A stretch of 57,990 nucleotides of DNA, filler included, from Sphacelaria rigidula (GCA_964200075.2; 9 parts of 9 records of this genome joined end to end with filler, not necessarily neighbours in it), one strand, 5' to 3'. Shown: positions 38,729 through 51,369, numbered from the whole stretch's first letter. The notes: generated by a model not told the origin, from the letters alone. Numbers and translations are program-made.

Positions 38729-39521
38729 TCCTAATCGTGAAAAATTCTACAAGGTTTCTGAGATAGTCCCCTCGCGCCGGCCTTTCCGCCGAGCACAAGA
38801 AAAAAGGCTTTTTTGGTGATTGGTTTGTCAGCACGTTCACCTCAAGGAACGTAAAAAGCAAAGTCGGATCTCCATACAAGCCAGTGGCTTTCACTTTACC
38901 GGGTTTCCTGCAGTAGAGTTTACCCCCAGTTTGGCTCCCCAAACTCAGATGGAATATACTTGAGTTTAGTGTAGACGCGGAGATTCGGAGTTTGAGAGTA
39001 GCTCACAGTCCCGAGTGCTCCTAGCGTGCGCAAAACACGTTCTTGTTCAAACCGGCACCAGAGGCGCCGATCGTACGTCTACAGTACCACCGCACACTTT
39101 GCCTAAGGCGCCCTCAACACCCCCCTTGCCCGAGGATTCTCGGTATGCCTCGGTTGAGGTGAGCGTTAGCGTTAAGGGTTAGCGTTAGCGTGAGGATTTT
39201 GGGGAGCTGAACTGTGGTGAACCTTCTTCGTGTCCTGCAGTGGAGAGAGCACTTGTAAGGATCATTGGTAGAACCTCCTCGCCCGAGGATGCCCTGTCTT
39301 CCTTCGTGTTGGTTAGGGTTAGCGGTTAGTGTTGGCGGTGTAATTGGTATGACCTGAAAAAAAAATGCTCTCAAGGTTTTTACGCTCCCAGATGGTGGAA
39401 TACCCTTCGATTTTTTTTTTTCTGGTACTGTACTGTATCGTGAAATTTCATGTCGAATTAACTCTTTTTTGAATATTTAATACTGTACTTGTGTTGGATC
39501 TTCTGTTTCGTGCGGGCGCAG

Positions 39522-39704
39522 GATATCCGTCGGAAGGATCCAACTGTCATTGATGAAGAGATCGCGCGGAGGATCAAGGGAGAGCTGCGGTTTTACGACG
39601 GCACCACACACCTCGGTCTGTTCGGGGCGCCAAAGTGGCTGCGCGCAGCGATCGAGTCGGAGAAACGCCTGATGACCGAGGCATCTCCCGTGTTCATGTT
39701 CTAA
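39522..39704 (+). CDS. Last exon of a polyamine aminopropyltransferase (thermospermine synthase/ACL5-like clade)
   Basis: After a gcgcag acceptor: DIRRKDPTVIDEEIARRIKGELRFYDGTTHLGLFGAPKWLRAAIESEKRLMTEASPVFMF*. This fits the recalled C-terminus of ACL5-like and prokaryotic SpeE enzymes (D-x-x-I-x-x-RI-x-GEL-x-[FY]-x-DG-x-TH...F-x-x-PK...P-x-F). Confidence 0.8.
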   Translation, partial: DIRRKDPTVIDEEIARRIKGELRFYDGTTHLGLFGAPKWLRAAIESEKRLMTEASPVFMF

Positions 39705-40599
39705 ATAAATTTCGCCGGCAATCCGTTGACTGAAGGTTACTAGTCAGTGGACTACCCGGTTCTGGTATGCTTGCCAGTCCTCATGTGTTGTTGTGGCGAT
39801 GCAAGGATAATGCGCCCGGATATGAATACGTGAAACAGTGATGTTATGTTTGCTGCCGAGAATCCTTACAACTACGGTGTTCAGGGCATGAGCTCGTCAA
39901 CATATCGACTTTTTGGTGTTGGATATTTCGTGAAAGAACAATCTGGCGTTGTGCTACAACCCGTGGATATCCCGATTTCCGTACTAAGGAAAATAGCTAT
40001 TTTGGAAGCCCGTTTCCCCCCCTGTCTTCCTTTCCCCACTGAGTGTTTCTCTTGTTGCTGGTTGTGTTGTTCCATGAGTGATGCGTTGTGGTGCGATGCC
40101 GTGTAACGCTTCCCCCCCTCCTGCTCGAGGTATTACGGGTTAGATTGGTGTATTTGTGAACTTCTCTCAGCTCCGCGGGGGAGTGTTCGTCTGCGCACGC
40201 GTGTGGTTTACTTATTGGATTTTGGGCGCGCGTGTGTGCATTTTGTGTGCATATTTCACGTACTTTTTAGGTATGATAACTATACAGTATCTTCAGCGAG
40301 AGTTTGTTGATGATGAGGACGTTTCTTTCACTTGTTCTGCTGTAGTAGTTCTCCAGAGCATGGCTATTATACACAGTTGTGCAGATATCGTTTTTGCTGT
40401 TGGAGTGGCTTTGAACTGCCGTAGTAGCCCACTGTACCGTGGTAGATGCAAGACTAGCAGTGTCGTAATCCAGGCGAAGCGTAACATCTCAAGAAAAATC
40501 GTGAGCGAAGTTTTTACTGCTATTCTGTATGTAGCCGTCCCACTGGATGAGAAAAAATGATGTCTCTGTGCGGCTTGAATTCAGCAACCGGCTGGGCAT

Positions 40600-41150
40600 T
40601 ATCCGTGTGTATGGTGGCGTACGATCATATCCTTGCAATTCTTTCTAGTGTCTTGTGTGTCCCATGAAACGTGAACCCTCCGGGGGTATAAGATCGCTCG
40701 AAACGGCTGACGAACCGACTCAGGGGGGCTCTGGTCTTGGCTACATGCATGTTGCTTACGCTTCCCGCCGACTGCAGGAAATGGCGAAGTAAGTGTTTAG
40801 CCTGTCGGCTGTGAGAGATCGCAACAACATTTATTTTTTACGGGGCAAGGATTGAGTGCAACGAAGAGCCTCCCTAAGTAATTGAACTCAATCGTACTTG
40901 AACCCTAGGCAGCATTTAGGCGTTATGATCCAGGTAACTACTAAATCGCTGTTGGTTCTTGTGTAAAGGAGACTCGCGGACGGCGGGTACGTTCCAGTGT
41001 ACCCAAGATGATAATGGGTGCTCGAGCACTAGCTTTTCGCTCGTTGCGGTGCCAAGAGACGCGTGACACGTCTCATGGGCAGCTTTACGGGTCTCACACG
41101 ACTGCTAGACTAGGTTGAGAAGGGGACTAGTGGACAGGAGACGGACGGCC
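40600..41150 (+). mobile_element. Possible highly degenerate LINE (RTE-like) ORF2 3' remnant
   Basis: Faint, frameshifted CE-x-IATT...FF-x-G...LPK...W-x-x-CVK-x-x pattern. Confidence 0.3.
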
Positions 41151-42196
41151 CTTGTTCAACCCCAAGTATGACAATCGCCGAGGCAGGGATGGATGATGAA
41201 GATGGTAAAGTCGAGTAGTCATTCTTCGAAAGCCGGCGTCTCGGATATAGATGTCGGATAAAGAAAGGTGATCAGCCCCACCGTCCTCCTCCCAACTACA
41301 ACGGTGTACTACTATTATACTCCTGGTCCTCTTACTCCACGGCTGGAGCTAAGAAATCATGATACTAGATCTCGTGACGAATTGACTGACGAAGAGTTCG
41401 TTACATGGTTAAACTAGGAACGAGTTCACGCACAGATTTTCAACAGATTTTAAGAGGAGTTTCGTGGGGCTGTGAACTGGACCAGTCAATACTGCTATGT
41501 AAACTGGAGCTGAACTGGAACTGGCGACGAGGATGCTAGTTGTCCAATTTTTTGTAGTGATTCACCACATTGATGGTGGAGAACCCAAAATCTGACAGAT
41601 CGTGACGCATGAACATCATATTATACGAGCTGGGCCAGCAGTAAATCCCGCATTTATTTGCTTTCCACACCACGACTTCTCAAAATTTCCCACATCAGCA
41701 CGACTTGAGCATATCGCTATGAAGTGTAGACCGACCTGATGACACACGGCACCGCCGCTGAATGGAGGGAAAAAATGTACTGCATAATATACAACTTCGA
41801 TGGACGAAAAAAAAAGAGAGAGTATGTTGGGATTCGAACTCGTGACCTTCATAACTGGAGTCTCTTGTACCACTTGGATTAAAGGGGTGCGGCCGTGTCA
41901 CACGAAAAGTGCGAAGCAAAGCCTAATTTGAGGTATTTTAGCCGAAGCTTTACCAGGATGTCGTTGACGCGAGTGCCCGTATGTGTTAGAGCGTTGTGTC
42001 GCTTTCATCATTTTTGAAGGAAGTTATATTATAGCATTTTTCCTGTTTTTGCTGAAACTTGAACTCGCTCTATCTTCCTGTGTTTTTCTTCCTCTGCACA
42101 CCCCCAAAAGGGGTTGCGCGGGTTGATGATGAAAATGACGTGTCGAAATTTCAGCGCCTATTTTAAAACTCTTCGGATTATCAACTGCATCTCCAC

Positions 42197-42569
42197 TGTG
42201 TGCGTGTGTGTGTTGTTGTCTCATCTATTCTGGACGCCCGATCTACACCTTTCGGTATATGTGGGCACACCAGCCGGGGTCACACAAAAGAAAGGACAAC
42301 ACGGGAGCTTTTTCTCTTTTTCATGTGTTTTTAATACCCCACCTTCCTCTTGCGGTGCCTACCTTTATCTTTTATCGCGAGAGGGGTACATTAGTCCCTT
42401 CCCTTTCCCTCGTCGACCGTTGCGTCGAATTTTGTGTACCCACGACATGGTCGCTCTCCACTGTTGTTGTTGGGCATGGTGGGAGAAAAAAACTTAGATA
42501 ATTGAACCCACGACCCAGCCGTCAGAAGAAGAAGATTTCGAGGTTACCAACTGAGCCACCGGGGCGACC
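42197..42569 (-). mobile_element. tRNA-derived SINE; 3' fragment of the same family at about 45754-45842
   Basis: 5' GGTCGCCCCGG, A box TGGCTCAGTTGG (42558-42547), B-box-like GGTTCAATT (42508-42500), CA-rich tail. Confidence 0.8.
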
Positions 42570-43896
42570 GGTGCTTCGTTAAAAAATCATTGTCAGCTGG
42601 CGCAGCTCCTGCTCAAAATTGTGTCAACCATGAACATTTATTTGTCGCTCAACGCGGGTAAACTACTTGTAGCCTCTCACAAACAGTCAACAACGGCACG
42701 TTTTCGGCTGCTATTTGACACGCAGGCGGCCACGTCTCATGCGATACTGGACGGGTTTCCGTCAAACAAAGACTGCCGTGTGAAGATGATCAAGAGGTAG
42801 AGCTTGAGCTAATGCGCGCGAGTGGTGAGTTTCTATGCGTGGATTCTCGTGGCTCGGTATGTCCGCGCTGTGTTACCTCATGGCGTCTTGTCCGCAGCAG
42901 TACAGATAGAATGGACTAACGGCCATTTCAAGAACCACCGCATTTTTGTACCTGTGTGCTGTGTGCAGATCTGGGCTTCAATCCAGATAACACTTACTTC
43001 TTGTCGAAAAGAATCAGAACCGGTCGTTGTGGGGGCAATCACTTCTCCAAGAGTTCTTTTTATTCAAGTGATCAATCTCACTCCCGATAAGACCCCGCCT
43101 AACTACCCCTTCCCCAACTTTTATTGAGAAATAATTCCTTCCCGCTGACTGCGCGGACCCCTAGTATCCTTCAATGCATACCCCACAGTAGGCAGTAGAC
43201 GCTGGCGAATCTCAGACTTGGAGTCTGGTGCACCAATCCGACACTGTTCGCCTGCCCCCCCAAGCTCCCCCCCGGTGTCATCGCCTTGCTATCATTTATT
43301 TGTATGGCTGCTACAATCAACCCCCAGACTATTTTCGACCAAACATGTTGTACAAATCTCCAGCTGCCTTGACTGATTTGATCGATCTACTGATTCATTG
43401 TCGCACTTAAACTGACCCCCCCAGGGATCCAGCCGTGGTCACAAGATAGGTGTAACCGAAACAAAACAAGACAAAACTGAAACACTTGCTCAAGGAAAAA
43501 AAAAGAAACAAACAGAAAAGAAGGTAAAAAAAGAAAACAACAGAATAGACTCAGAAAAAAAAGGAAACAAGAAAATGAAGAGGAAACAAGAAATGGCCGG
43601 CCTCTACCACATGGCTTCGGCGGAAAATGTCTTGCGCAGAACCACACTCATACCCAGTCGTAGGAAAGAAAAGGCCGTGGGAAAATGTTGCGGCTCATCT
43701 AGAGTACTTCGACCGCACCATTTATTTGGGGTATGAACGCTCTCAACCATGGTACCGAGAAAATGCAAAATTGTAAAACGCGCTGACATCTGACTACACC
43801 GCAACAATTGTGGGTAAAACGGTTTGTGAGATTTCTTGTCCGAGAACATTGCTTCTGCATCCGCATCAGGTATCCTACGACGATGCCAAAGGTGCC

Positions 43897-44726
43897 CTAC
43901 ACTTGTCTCCTCACACGAAGGAAAGACGCCCACGGCACCTTAGATCGTACCCAATTTTCCCTGATACGCTGCTGGCGGTCGTACTCAGCTCTTGAGTTTC
44001 GGCCACCATCGTTACTGCCTCGGTAGAAGAAGCCAGAAAGCGTCTTCTTCTTTGTGGGATGCTGGGTCCGGGTCACGGTCGTACCACCCCCCCCAGGCTT
44101 CACAATCGTCTGAATATATGTATGATTTTAACGGTAGCAGTCGGGGGAGGGGGCAGGGGGGGGGGGGTGAGACTGGGGGTTCGGTACATTGTATACACAA
44201 AAAAAAGACTGGATCGATGCGTGCTGTACAGTTGGTCGGGCGGACGACGGGGAACGCGAAGCGTCCTGAACTACTTTTGTAACTTTATCACTTCTGTCCA
44301 GCACGACGAGGGTGGCGAAAGTTGGTGGAAATTGACTGAAGCTGGATTCCAAGTGGCCAAAATTGGGCCAATTCTGACCTGGAATCATGTACACAATACG
44401 TTACACTTCTCTACTTTTTCTTTTCTATGTGCATCTTCATGATTGCATGTCTTCACCGATCCTAAATATAGTAACGTCGGCGCCCCCGCTCGGGAGATAC
44501 GATGTGCGATTCATAACCACCCTAGACTTGTGGGACAGAGGAGGTACATCCAAACCAACCAGTCCCATGTTTCGTTTTCCGACAGCCTTTTCAAATGATT
44601 CTCTCACACCTCAGCAAGGTCGTCCTCCGGCGGCTTGTGTACCTCTGCTGTCGCCTCACCGCCGTTGAAGTCCTTGGTGGCCAGTCGCCGGCGCTTCTTC
44701 CTCTCCGCGAACTTCTTCTTGACGAA
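43897..44726 (-). CDS. Probable exons of an unidentified gene: 44726-44610 and 44109 to about 43940 (donor) or 43897 (stop)
   Basis: Canonical acceptors; phase-0 join gives FVKKKFAERKKRRRLATKDF...EDDLAE/TIVKPGGGG...AEYDRQQRIRENWVRSK. No family recognised. Confidence 0.5.
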
Positions 44727-44807
44727 CTGTACAGAATTGCGATGGAAAAAAATATTTTTATCGACACGCGGATGACCAGGGATGTTCAGAGCAAGAAGGA
44801 AGGGAGG

Positions 44808-45082
44808 CAAGTCGGGAGGGGGGGGGGAACATGATCATGCATGTCATAGTCATAAGGGCCCTGAACTCGCATCCCTACAAAGCCGGGACGGAGCACGCCG
44901 GCTTTTCGCCGGACCAGGCACGCACTCAATCCCCGAGCGCAAAGCGCCGCAAGTCAGGAGGGTGGGGGGGGGGGGGGGGGGGGAACATGATCATGCATGT
45001 CATAGTCATAAGGGCCCTGAACTCGCATCCCTACAAAGCCGGGACGGAGCACGCCGGCTTTTCGCCGGACCAGGCACGCACT
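44808..45082. repeat. About 156-bp-period tandem duplication at the contig end
   Basis: 44828-44926 is identical to 44984-45082. Confidence 0.9.
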
Positions 45083-45182
45083 NNNNNNNNNNNNNNNNNN
45101 NNNNNNNNNNNNNNNNNNNNNNNNNNTTAATTAATTAANNNNNNNNNNNNNNNNNNNNNNNNNNNNNNNNNNNNNNNNNNNN
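45083..45182. other. Artificial contig spacer
   Basis: N44-TTAATTAATTAA-N44. Confidence 0.98.
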
Positions 45183-46229
45183 GTCGAGGTTTTGGTGGCT
45201 TGTTTTACAGCGCCGTTGCCACTCGGCGCCAACCCACGAGTCTAGAGGTGATAGGGGATGGTTTGGGAGGGCGGGGGGCGGGGAGGGGGAGATTTTTCCA
45301 ACAGACGCCAAACGTATCTTGCTCCAAGGGGTACCTGGACACACAGCAGTTGCTGCTGCCCACCTATGATCATCCTCCAAATCAAAGTTTGAGTGAGAAC
45401 GCCCCGCTTGCAACTGCTTGACGCGACCACTGCGTGCTGCTACGGATCCTTCCCCACGCACCCGGCAAGGGGGCAACAGCCCCGTATAGACAGTAGCAAT
45501 GCTAGCTGATCTTACGTCTGGCAGCCATCAAGGTGGTTATGGCAGTGTCCTTCTAGCGATATCAACTTACAGTGCACTGGAGCAGAGTTTGCAGGTGAAT
45601 ATTTCGGCGATTGCCTTACCTGCAGTTCGCCCAGATTTTGCGGATTTTATCACGATCTTACTGAGTAATATTTCATAGATGTGGAAACATACCAGACCCT
45701 GGAGAAATATTCCTACGGTCAGCACGAACACGATGTTAAAATTGTACTGCGCAGTGTGTTTTGTGTGTTGTCGTCCCATCTATTCTGGACGCCGGTCTTC
45801 ACCTTTCGGTATATGTAGGTGCACCAGCTGGAGTCACACAGGCATGGTGGTGGCTGGGCCTTGTGCGGAACGACCTAGCGGGAATATGCCGGTAAACGGC
45901 TCGCGTCTCAGCGCCTGCCTGCTGCGGGCCCTTGCGCATGTAGAGCGACGGCAACAATACGAACATGACTTATGCTTCAATATAACTTGACGCTTCCGTG
46001 CAACGACATGTCACCATACCCCGGGTGCGTGCGGCAGACCTTCATTTTAGATCCATGCACTTATAACAACGACCCAGCCGAGACCCCCCCGGTTTCACCG
46101 CCGAAATCCGAGACCGCAAAGTCACAAACACCCGAATAAATTGAAATTGGAAGCGCCCTGGGCAAAGGGCAATCTATCAGCAGAAATATAGAAGTCCACA
46201 TTTTCACAGATGGTCGATTTATGCCTAAA

Positions 46230-46350
46230 ACAGTTTCAGGTCCGAACTTCTCCGCCAGGCCTTACGCAAGGCCTTCTACGTTTTCTGTAGTAGCTTGCCA
46301 CTGGAACCTCTGATATCCCCGAGTGTGATCTCGTCGTGTAGCTGTAAGCA
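46230..46350 (+). repeat. Dispersed repeat, also at about 25432-25518 and 55060-55170
   Basis: Shared gtttca-x-x-tccgaa...tttctg...gtag-x-ttgccac blocks. Confidence 0.65.
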
Positions 46351-46649
46351 TAACATTGTAACAAGCGGAGACTCGCACACACAGCGTTAAACTCGGTCTA
46401 GTAAGCTGTAAGAGCGAGGCGTAAAACTCTCGATCCGTCGAAAACCGTGCTAACGTGTCAAATATACATTACTGCAGTAGTTGGAGATATTTCAAGGAAT
46501 ACAGGGGTAAGTCGGCCCGATATGGCTGTCTGCTGTATGCGACATTTCAACCCCTTCCTATTGTTGCACGACTTTAGTCGATAGGGGCCAACGCTGTCCG
46601 TGGTATGATCTGCATTATACTCCAGCTACTGTGGCAGAGGTGACCGTAT

Positions 46650-48550
46650 CGACGTATTAGGTGGGTCCTGCGCAAGAGTAAGTTATGTTCTTGGTCTATG
46701 TCAGCGTGTCGTGAGGTTGCCATCGGCGGGCATCTCGGAGCAACGGGGGATACTGAAAATGAGAAGGTATTATTTTCGTGGGGGAGCGGGGGAAAACTGG
46801 TGCTTGGAATAGTGCGGGATGTTACCTCTCTCAAGTATCGTCGAGGAGACTGGAAGCCCCCCAAAAGGTTGAATCAAGTCCAGAGGTTGTGGTACCCTTT
46901 TGACATCGACCTGCGTGTCGTTTGTATCCAAACCAAAGCGCTTCATGCTCGGGCCTGGATTTGTTTCTCTGTCTGGGCCGAAAGGTCGTCATATACTGTT
47001 CCTGAATTTCGGAACACTCAACGTTTCCTTTCGGGGCATTTAGATGTGCTCCATGTGTATTATTTCTTTTGTGGTCGTTGGGAAGTACTCAGCTTGAAAG
47101 TTTGACAATGGTGACCGAAATGACATGTGAGCATGTAGACAGAACCACAATCAGCTGCTTGGTGCTTCTCGTGCTGTTTATGTTGGGAACATTTGCCCGT
47201 TTCACGTCAGCCTAACGGCATGGACCACTTCGCACAATTCCAAGCACCATTTATTTCCTTTTGTCGTTCCTAAAAACAAAAGACTTTGTCCCCATTCTCG
47301 GGACCCCTCGTCAAGCTTTGCAGTTCGAGTCTAGGGACTATGTACTGAAAGGTTATGGTATACAACCTAGCGGACAGATCTTGACAGCATGTCCTGCATC
47401 TTACGAAATAACCGGACATTGAATGAGGATCGCAAAGTGCACCGACTGTCTTCCCCACAAAAGTCACCCTCGACCCAGTGGAGCTTGGTATTTCACGATG
47501 TAGGTTCACTCAAATCCACCCTTCCGAACGCAGCGCTCGTTCCACGGTGGACATGGCTAGCTGGACACAGTCTAGTCTACGAAGCTTCTCGATATACAGC
47601 GGCTAGCCTACCCTGTCTCCGGAAGAACCTCCAAACGCTTTTACGTTATTCTTGGCACATCCTTCGATTCAAGCCGCTGGCGAATACTCTCATGTGTTGC
47701 CGAGCGTAGGTTGGAATCGCCGCACAACACAAGGCCGCACTCGTCTTTGTAGTACGCTTAACCCTGCTCCCGACATGAGCACCCTATAATAGAATACCCC
47801 ACGGTACAAGCGTTACACGACACAAAAGATATATCGCGATCGGCGCCTGATCAACCATCAACACCGCTGGATTCTCCACCCGTTGGCAGCAAGAATCGTC
47901 TCGATACCCTGCACGTGGGCGAGTCCGACAACTCCCACGATCTTTTGCTTCGGGTCCAGCGTCATCAAGTTCACCGCCATGATCTGACCGCAACAGCAAA
48001 TTAGAGAGTAGAGAGAGCAGAGACAAAAGTGCGGATCAGTTCACATACGCCCCAAGTTATCAGTTTCGTTGCTGGGTGTGTTTCGACTCGACAAATATCG
48101 TACCTCATGCATGTTAGCAGTCGGGCCAAAGGGGACGGTACAAGTAGTTAAAGTAGTGACGGTCAACTGCACAGTCGTTGTTTCACTCTGCCTTCCAAGG
48201 CTCGTCATGTGCCCACCTCGTAGTTTCTTCTGTAGTTCCCGCAAGAGTCTACAACGCGTGATAATACATGCCCTACACAAAAACAGAGCGAGTAACAATG
48301 TGCCGCAACTTGCAAAAAACAGCAACCTAATGCCCCTATCCTATCGGCAAATATATCGTGACCGGCTGTCTTGGTCTTGAGAGTCAACTCCACTCTCGCG
48401 ATGATGGTCCCGTGTATCAAATGCAACGATGGGTCAACAGATCCGAGCGATTTTGGATTGTACACTATAGATCCGGGCTGTGGAGTAAAGCCGTGTGACT
48501 GCCAAGTCACCGCATGCTCCACACTTGTCAGGAGGTATCGGCCGCCCCAA
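46650..48550. mobile_element. Highly degenerate Gypsy pol remnants (integrase zinc-binding region on plus; faint protease/RT-like pieces on minus)
   Basis: IGGHLGA...FSW...VRD...PFD pattern in ORF 46698-47105; the minus-strand similarities are weak. Confidence 0.45.
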
Positions 48551-50154
48551 TAAGTGCCAATTGGCGAGCTACACGTACATAGGTGATAATATCAGTGAAG
48601 CCACCTCATCATCATGGATACTGTACTCAGGGTACTGCACGGGTACCCTACCCCTACCCTTGTCGCATTTAAAAGGCTTGGCAAATCCTACTGCAGTAAC
48701 CCTTTCCTGCCTAGATCGCGTTCCACCTTGACGTAATGGAAGGAAGGGCGTGTGCTCTATTCATGTCGTTCTCATCCCTCTACGCTGCTTTGGCTAAAAC
48801 GAAATGGAATGAGCACATCCATTATATCTCAGCGTCAAGCTTTGGCCACACAGCACCCGTACTTATGAGTTTTCATCACGAACCTTTCGCACAACCTCTT
48901 TTTTCGCCTTCGTCAACCCCTCCCGTCCCCCATGCCACTGCAGCACGACAGACTTCCGTAATCTCACCACGCGCGAAATCCCCCCAATGACAAGACGACA
49001 ATACGGCAATAGTGACGGAAAACGCAGCAGACTTATACGCAAAGCGCGCATAACGTCAACTCTGATCGTTTGCGAGAGGAATCAGTGAAGATAATATTTA
49101 CATGACACCCATCCCAGATTCACTCCGCGCTTTGAGCTTCACGGAAAACTTCGAACGTTCTATATTTCAAGGAGTTTCCACTTCGACGTCACGGGGGAGA
49201 CGAGGGGGGAGGGGGGAGGGGGAAGGGGGTCCACGTATCAAGGAGTGTAACACATGTTGTCCATGTGTGTCAGGTCACGATACCATCCGCTGCCAAGCGT
49301 ATTGAGTGCGTTGTACCAGCTCTATGGTGGCCGTTACATTCGCGAAAGTGGCAAAAGGATAGGAAATGGGGGAAGGTGGGCGGGAGGCGTTGTACATTTT
49401 TCTTCACCGTGTAGGGTTCGATAATTACAGCACGCGTCAGGTCTTGTTCCAGAGGTGTACTCACAGTCTTCATATCTGCGCTACTTTCATCTCATATTAT
49501 AGCACGTTGGCTTTTCCAAAAAGAGTGCGGAAAAAAAACTGTTCGGTTTTGTTCCGATTCGTGTAACCACAAGTCAGGGCACAAAAACTCAGGGGCCACG
49601 TCCGCATCGGGAGGACCGCGACGAGAGCTCTCCCTCCAAGCAGGCTTTCGACTGCCGAGGCATGGACGTACCGTATCGAACACGATAGCCCAGACGTGCA
49701 TTAGGCTGCGGTGGATTTCGTCACAACACACGACAGAAGCGACGTTACCTGGAGACAGGGAAAGAACAACCTCGTCGCCGGCAAGCCATAAGCCCGAAAA
49801 TAAACGGGCTCCGAAATCTTGCAGGTTTTTTCTGGCTAACTTTGATTCCGTCAGACGTTAACGGGACACATTGTGTGCGTTCGACTTTCGTTCGATACCT
49901 TGTCTCGCTCGCCGATTAAGGCTCCGTACAGCTCCGGCGCTTCCTCCTTGTATATCTCGGTGATTTTCGACATCATTTCCCTGTTCTTCAACTTCTGCTC
50001 GCCACGCAACGCCACGGAGAAATTCGGAAGAAACTCAACGCATCATATGTGCAGCAGACTCATGTGTGCAGGTACAAGATCGTAACGATCGTCATTTTCA
50101 CGAGTTGGCCACACAAAAAGGCTGCAAGACAAGATTAAGAGGAAGACGCGAGAC

Positions 50155-50865
50155 GACACTTTCTACAATAGCCTCTCCCCACCACCAGCCCAAAAGTGTC
50201 ACGAAAAATATATCATACAGCACCTAACGCTTGGGTTCAGGCTGCATAAGGCACCTCATATGGGCGACATTAGCGAAAACGCCCCCCAAGCAGAGTTATA
50301 AAAAGCGCGTGCGGAGGTGCGGCAGCGCAGATATTTAGGCGAAAATCGACGAAGCGCAGGTGCTGGGAGTTATAATCTGCGGGTTGCCGCAGAAAAAAAT
50401 TCGGGGCGCACTTTATCGCCGGTAGGCGAAAAAAAATCTGCGGCCCATTTCTCTTCGCCGGAGGCGAAAAAGAAATTTTGGGGGTCTATTTTGGTTTCGC
50501 CGGAGGGCGGATGCGAATTTTTTTCAGACACAGCAATCATATGCTTCCGTTTTGATCCTTCTTCCTGTTACTTGCGTTTCAATGTGAACAAAAATGATCC
50601 AAACCAACCAAAAACACGGCAAAAACACCCAAAAATTGCTGCTCCGGGGGGGCCCCTGCGGGGGGCCGCATGTCGCCTTCGGCTCCAACCTGCGCAAGCG
50701 CAGGTGGAGCCTTCGGAGAATTCATAACCCTGACCCCAAGCGTGGGAATCCCAGCTGCTCGTTGTGCTCGGCTTCTTCCGTTTCGATTTACGTCAAGATT
50801 TTGCCTCCCCAAGCCAGGCACTTTTCTTTTTCTGCTGGGGGGGGGAGGCTATCGTAGAAAGTGTC
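50155..50865 (-). mobile_element. GACACTTTCTAC-TIR MITE carrying a nested hAT MITE
   Basis: TIRs GACACTTTCTACAATAGCC and GGCTATCGTAGAAAGTGTC; the two halves match the reverse complement of 19430-19676. Confidence 0.85.
50291..50732. mobile_element. hAT-type MITE
   Basis: Termini CAGAGTTAT and ATAACCCTG; 8-bp TSD cccccaag / accccaag (7 of 8). Confidence 0.82.
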
Positions 50866-51119
50866 AGGCCTAAAGTGGGAACAGAATAGCATGCCCGAGC
50901 TTAGAGGCGCCTTGACTGTACACAAAATGGGACTAGTGGTCAAGATACCATCGTACGACAGATCGGCCACTGACACACGACAACATGGCGAGACGACGGT
51001 ATTCACCTGGACACGCTTCAGGAACTCGAGGAAGTAGAATGGCAAAACATTCTAAAACAGCCCAGGAACTTTGATTCTGAAAAGATTATGGAGGAAAACG
51101 CAAAAGTAAATCATGGGCT

Positions 51120-51369
51120 AAATTATGACGCGATACCCCCCCCCCCCCCAGAGAAGTGGATTATGTGAGGAGTCAAAAGCTACGTCTGAGCCAAAATAAA
51201 CCAAACCCGAGCACAGCGAGCAGCTGGGAACTCCCACTCTTGGGATTTTTTCCGCCGATGTCGCCCATATGAGGCGCTTCATGCAATCTGAAACCAGCTG
51301 TCATGCACTGTTTGGCCATTTTCTTTGCGATAATTTGGGGCTGGCTCGGGGGCTATCGCGGCATGACTC
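51120..51369 (+). mobile_element. MITE related to 19430-19676 but with a GAGTCATGCCGCGATAG terminus
   Basis: Colinear body; right end GGGGGCTATCGCGGCATGACTC; left end degenerate. Confidence 0.75.

Noticed and set aside
41820..41880. tRNA gene
   Set aside because: Only a B-box-like GTTCGAATCC remnant with no cloverleaf; probably SINE debris.
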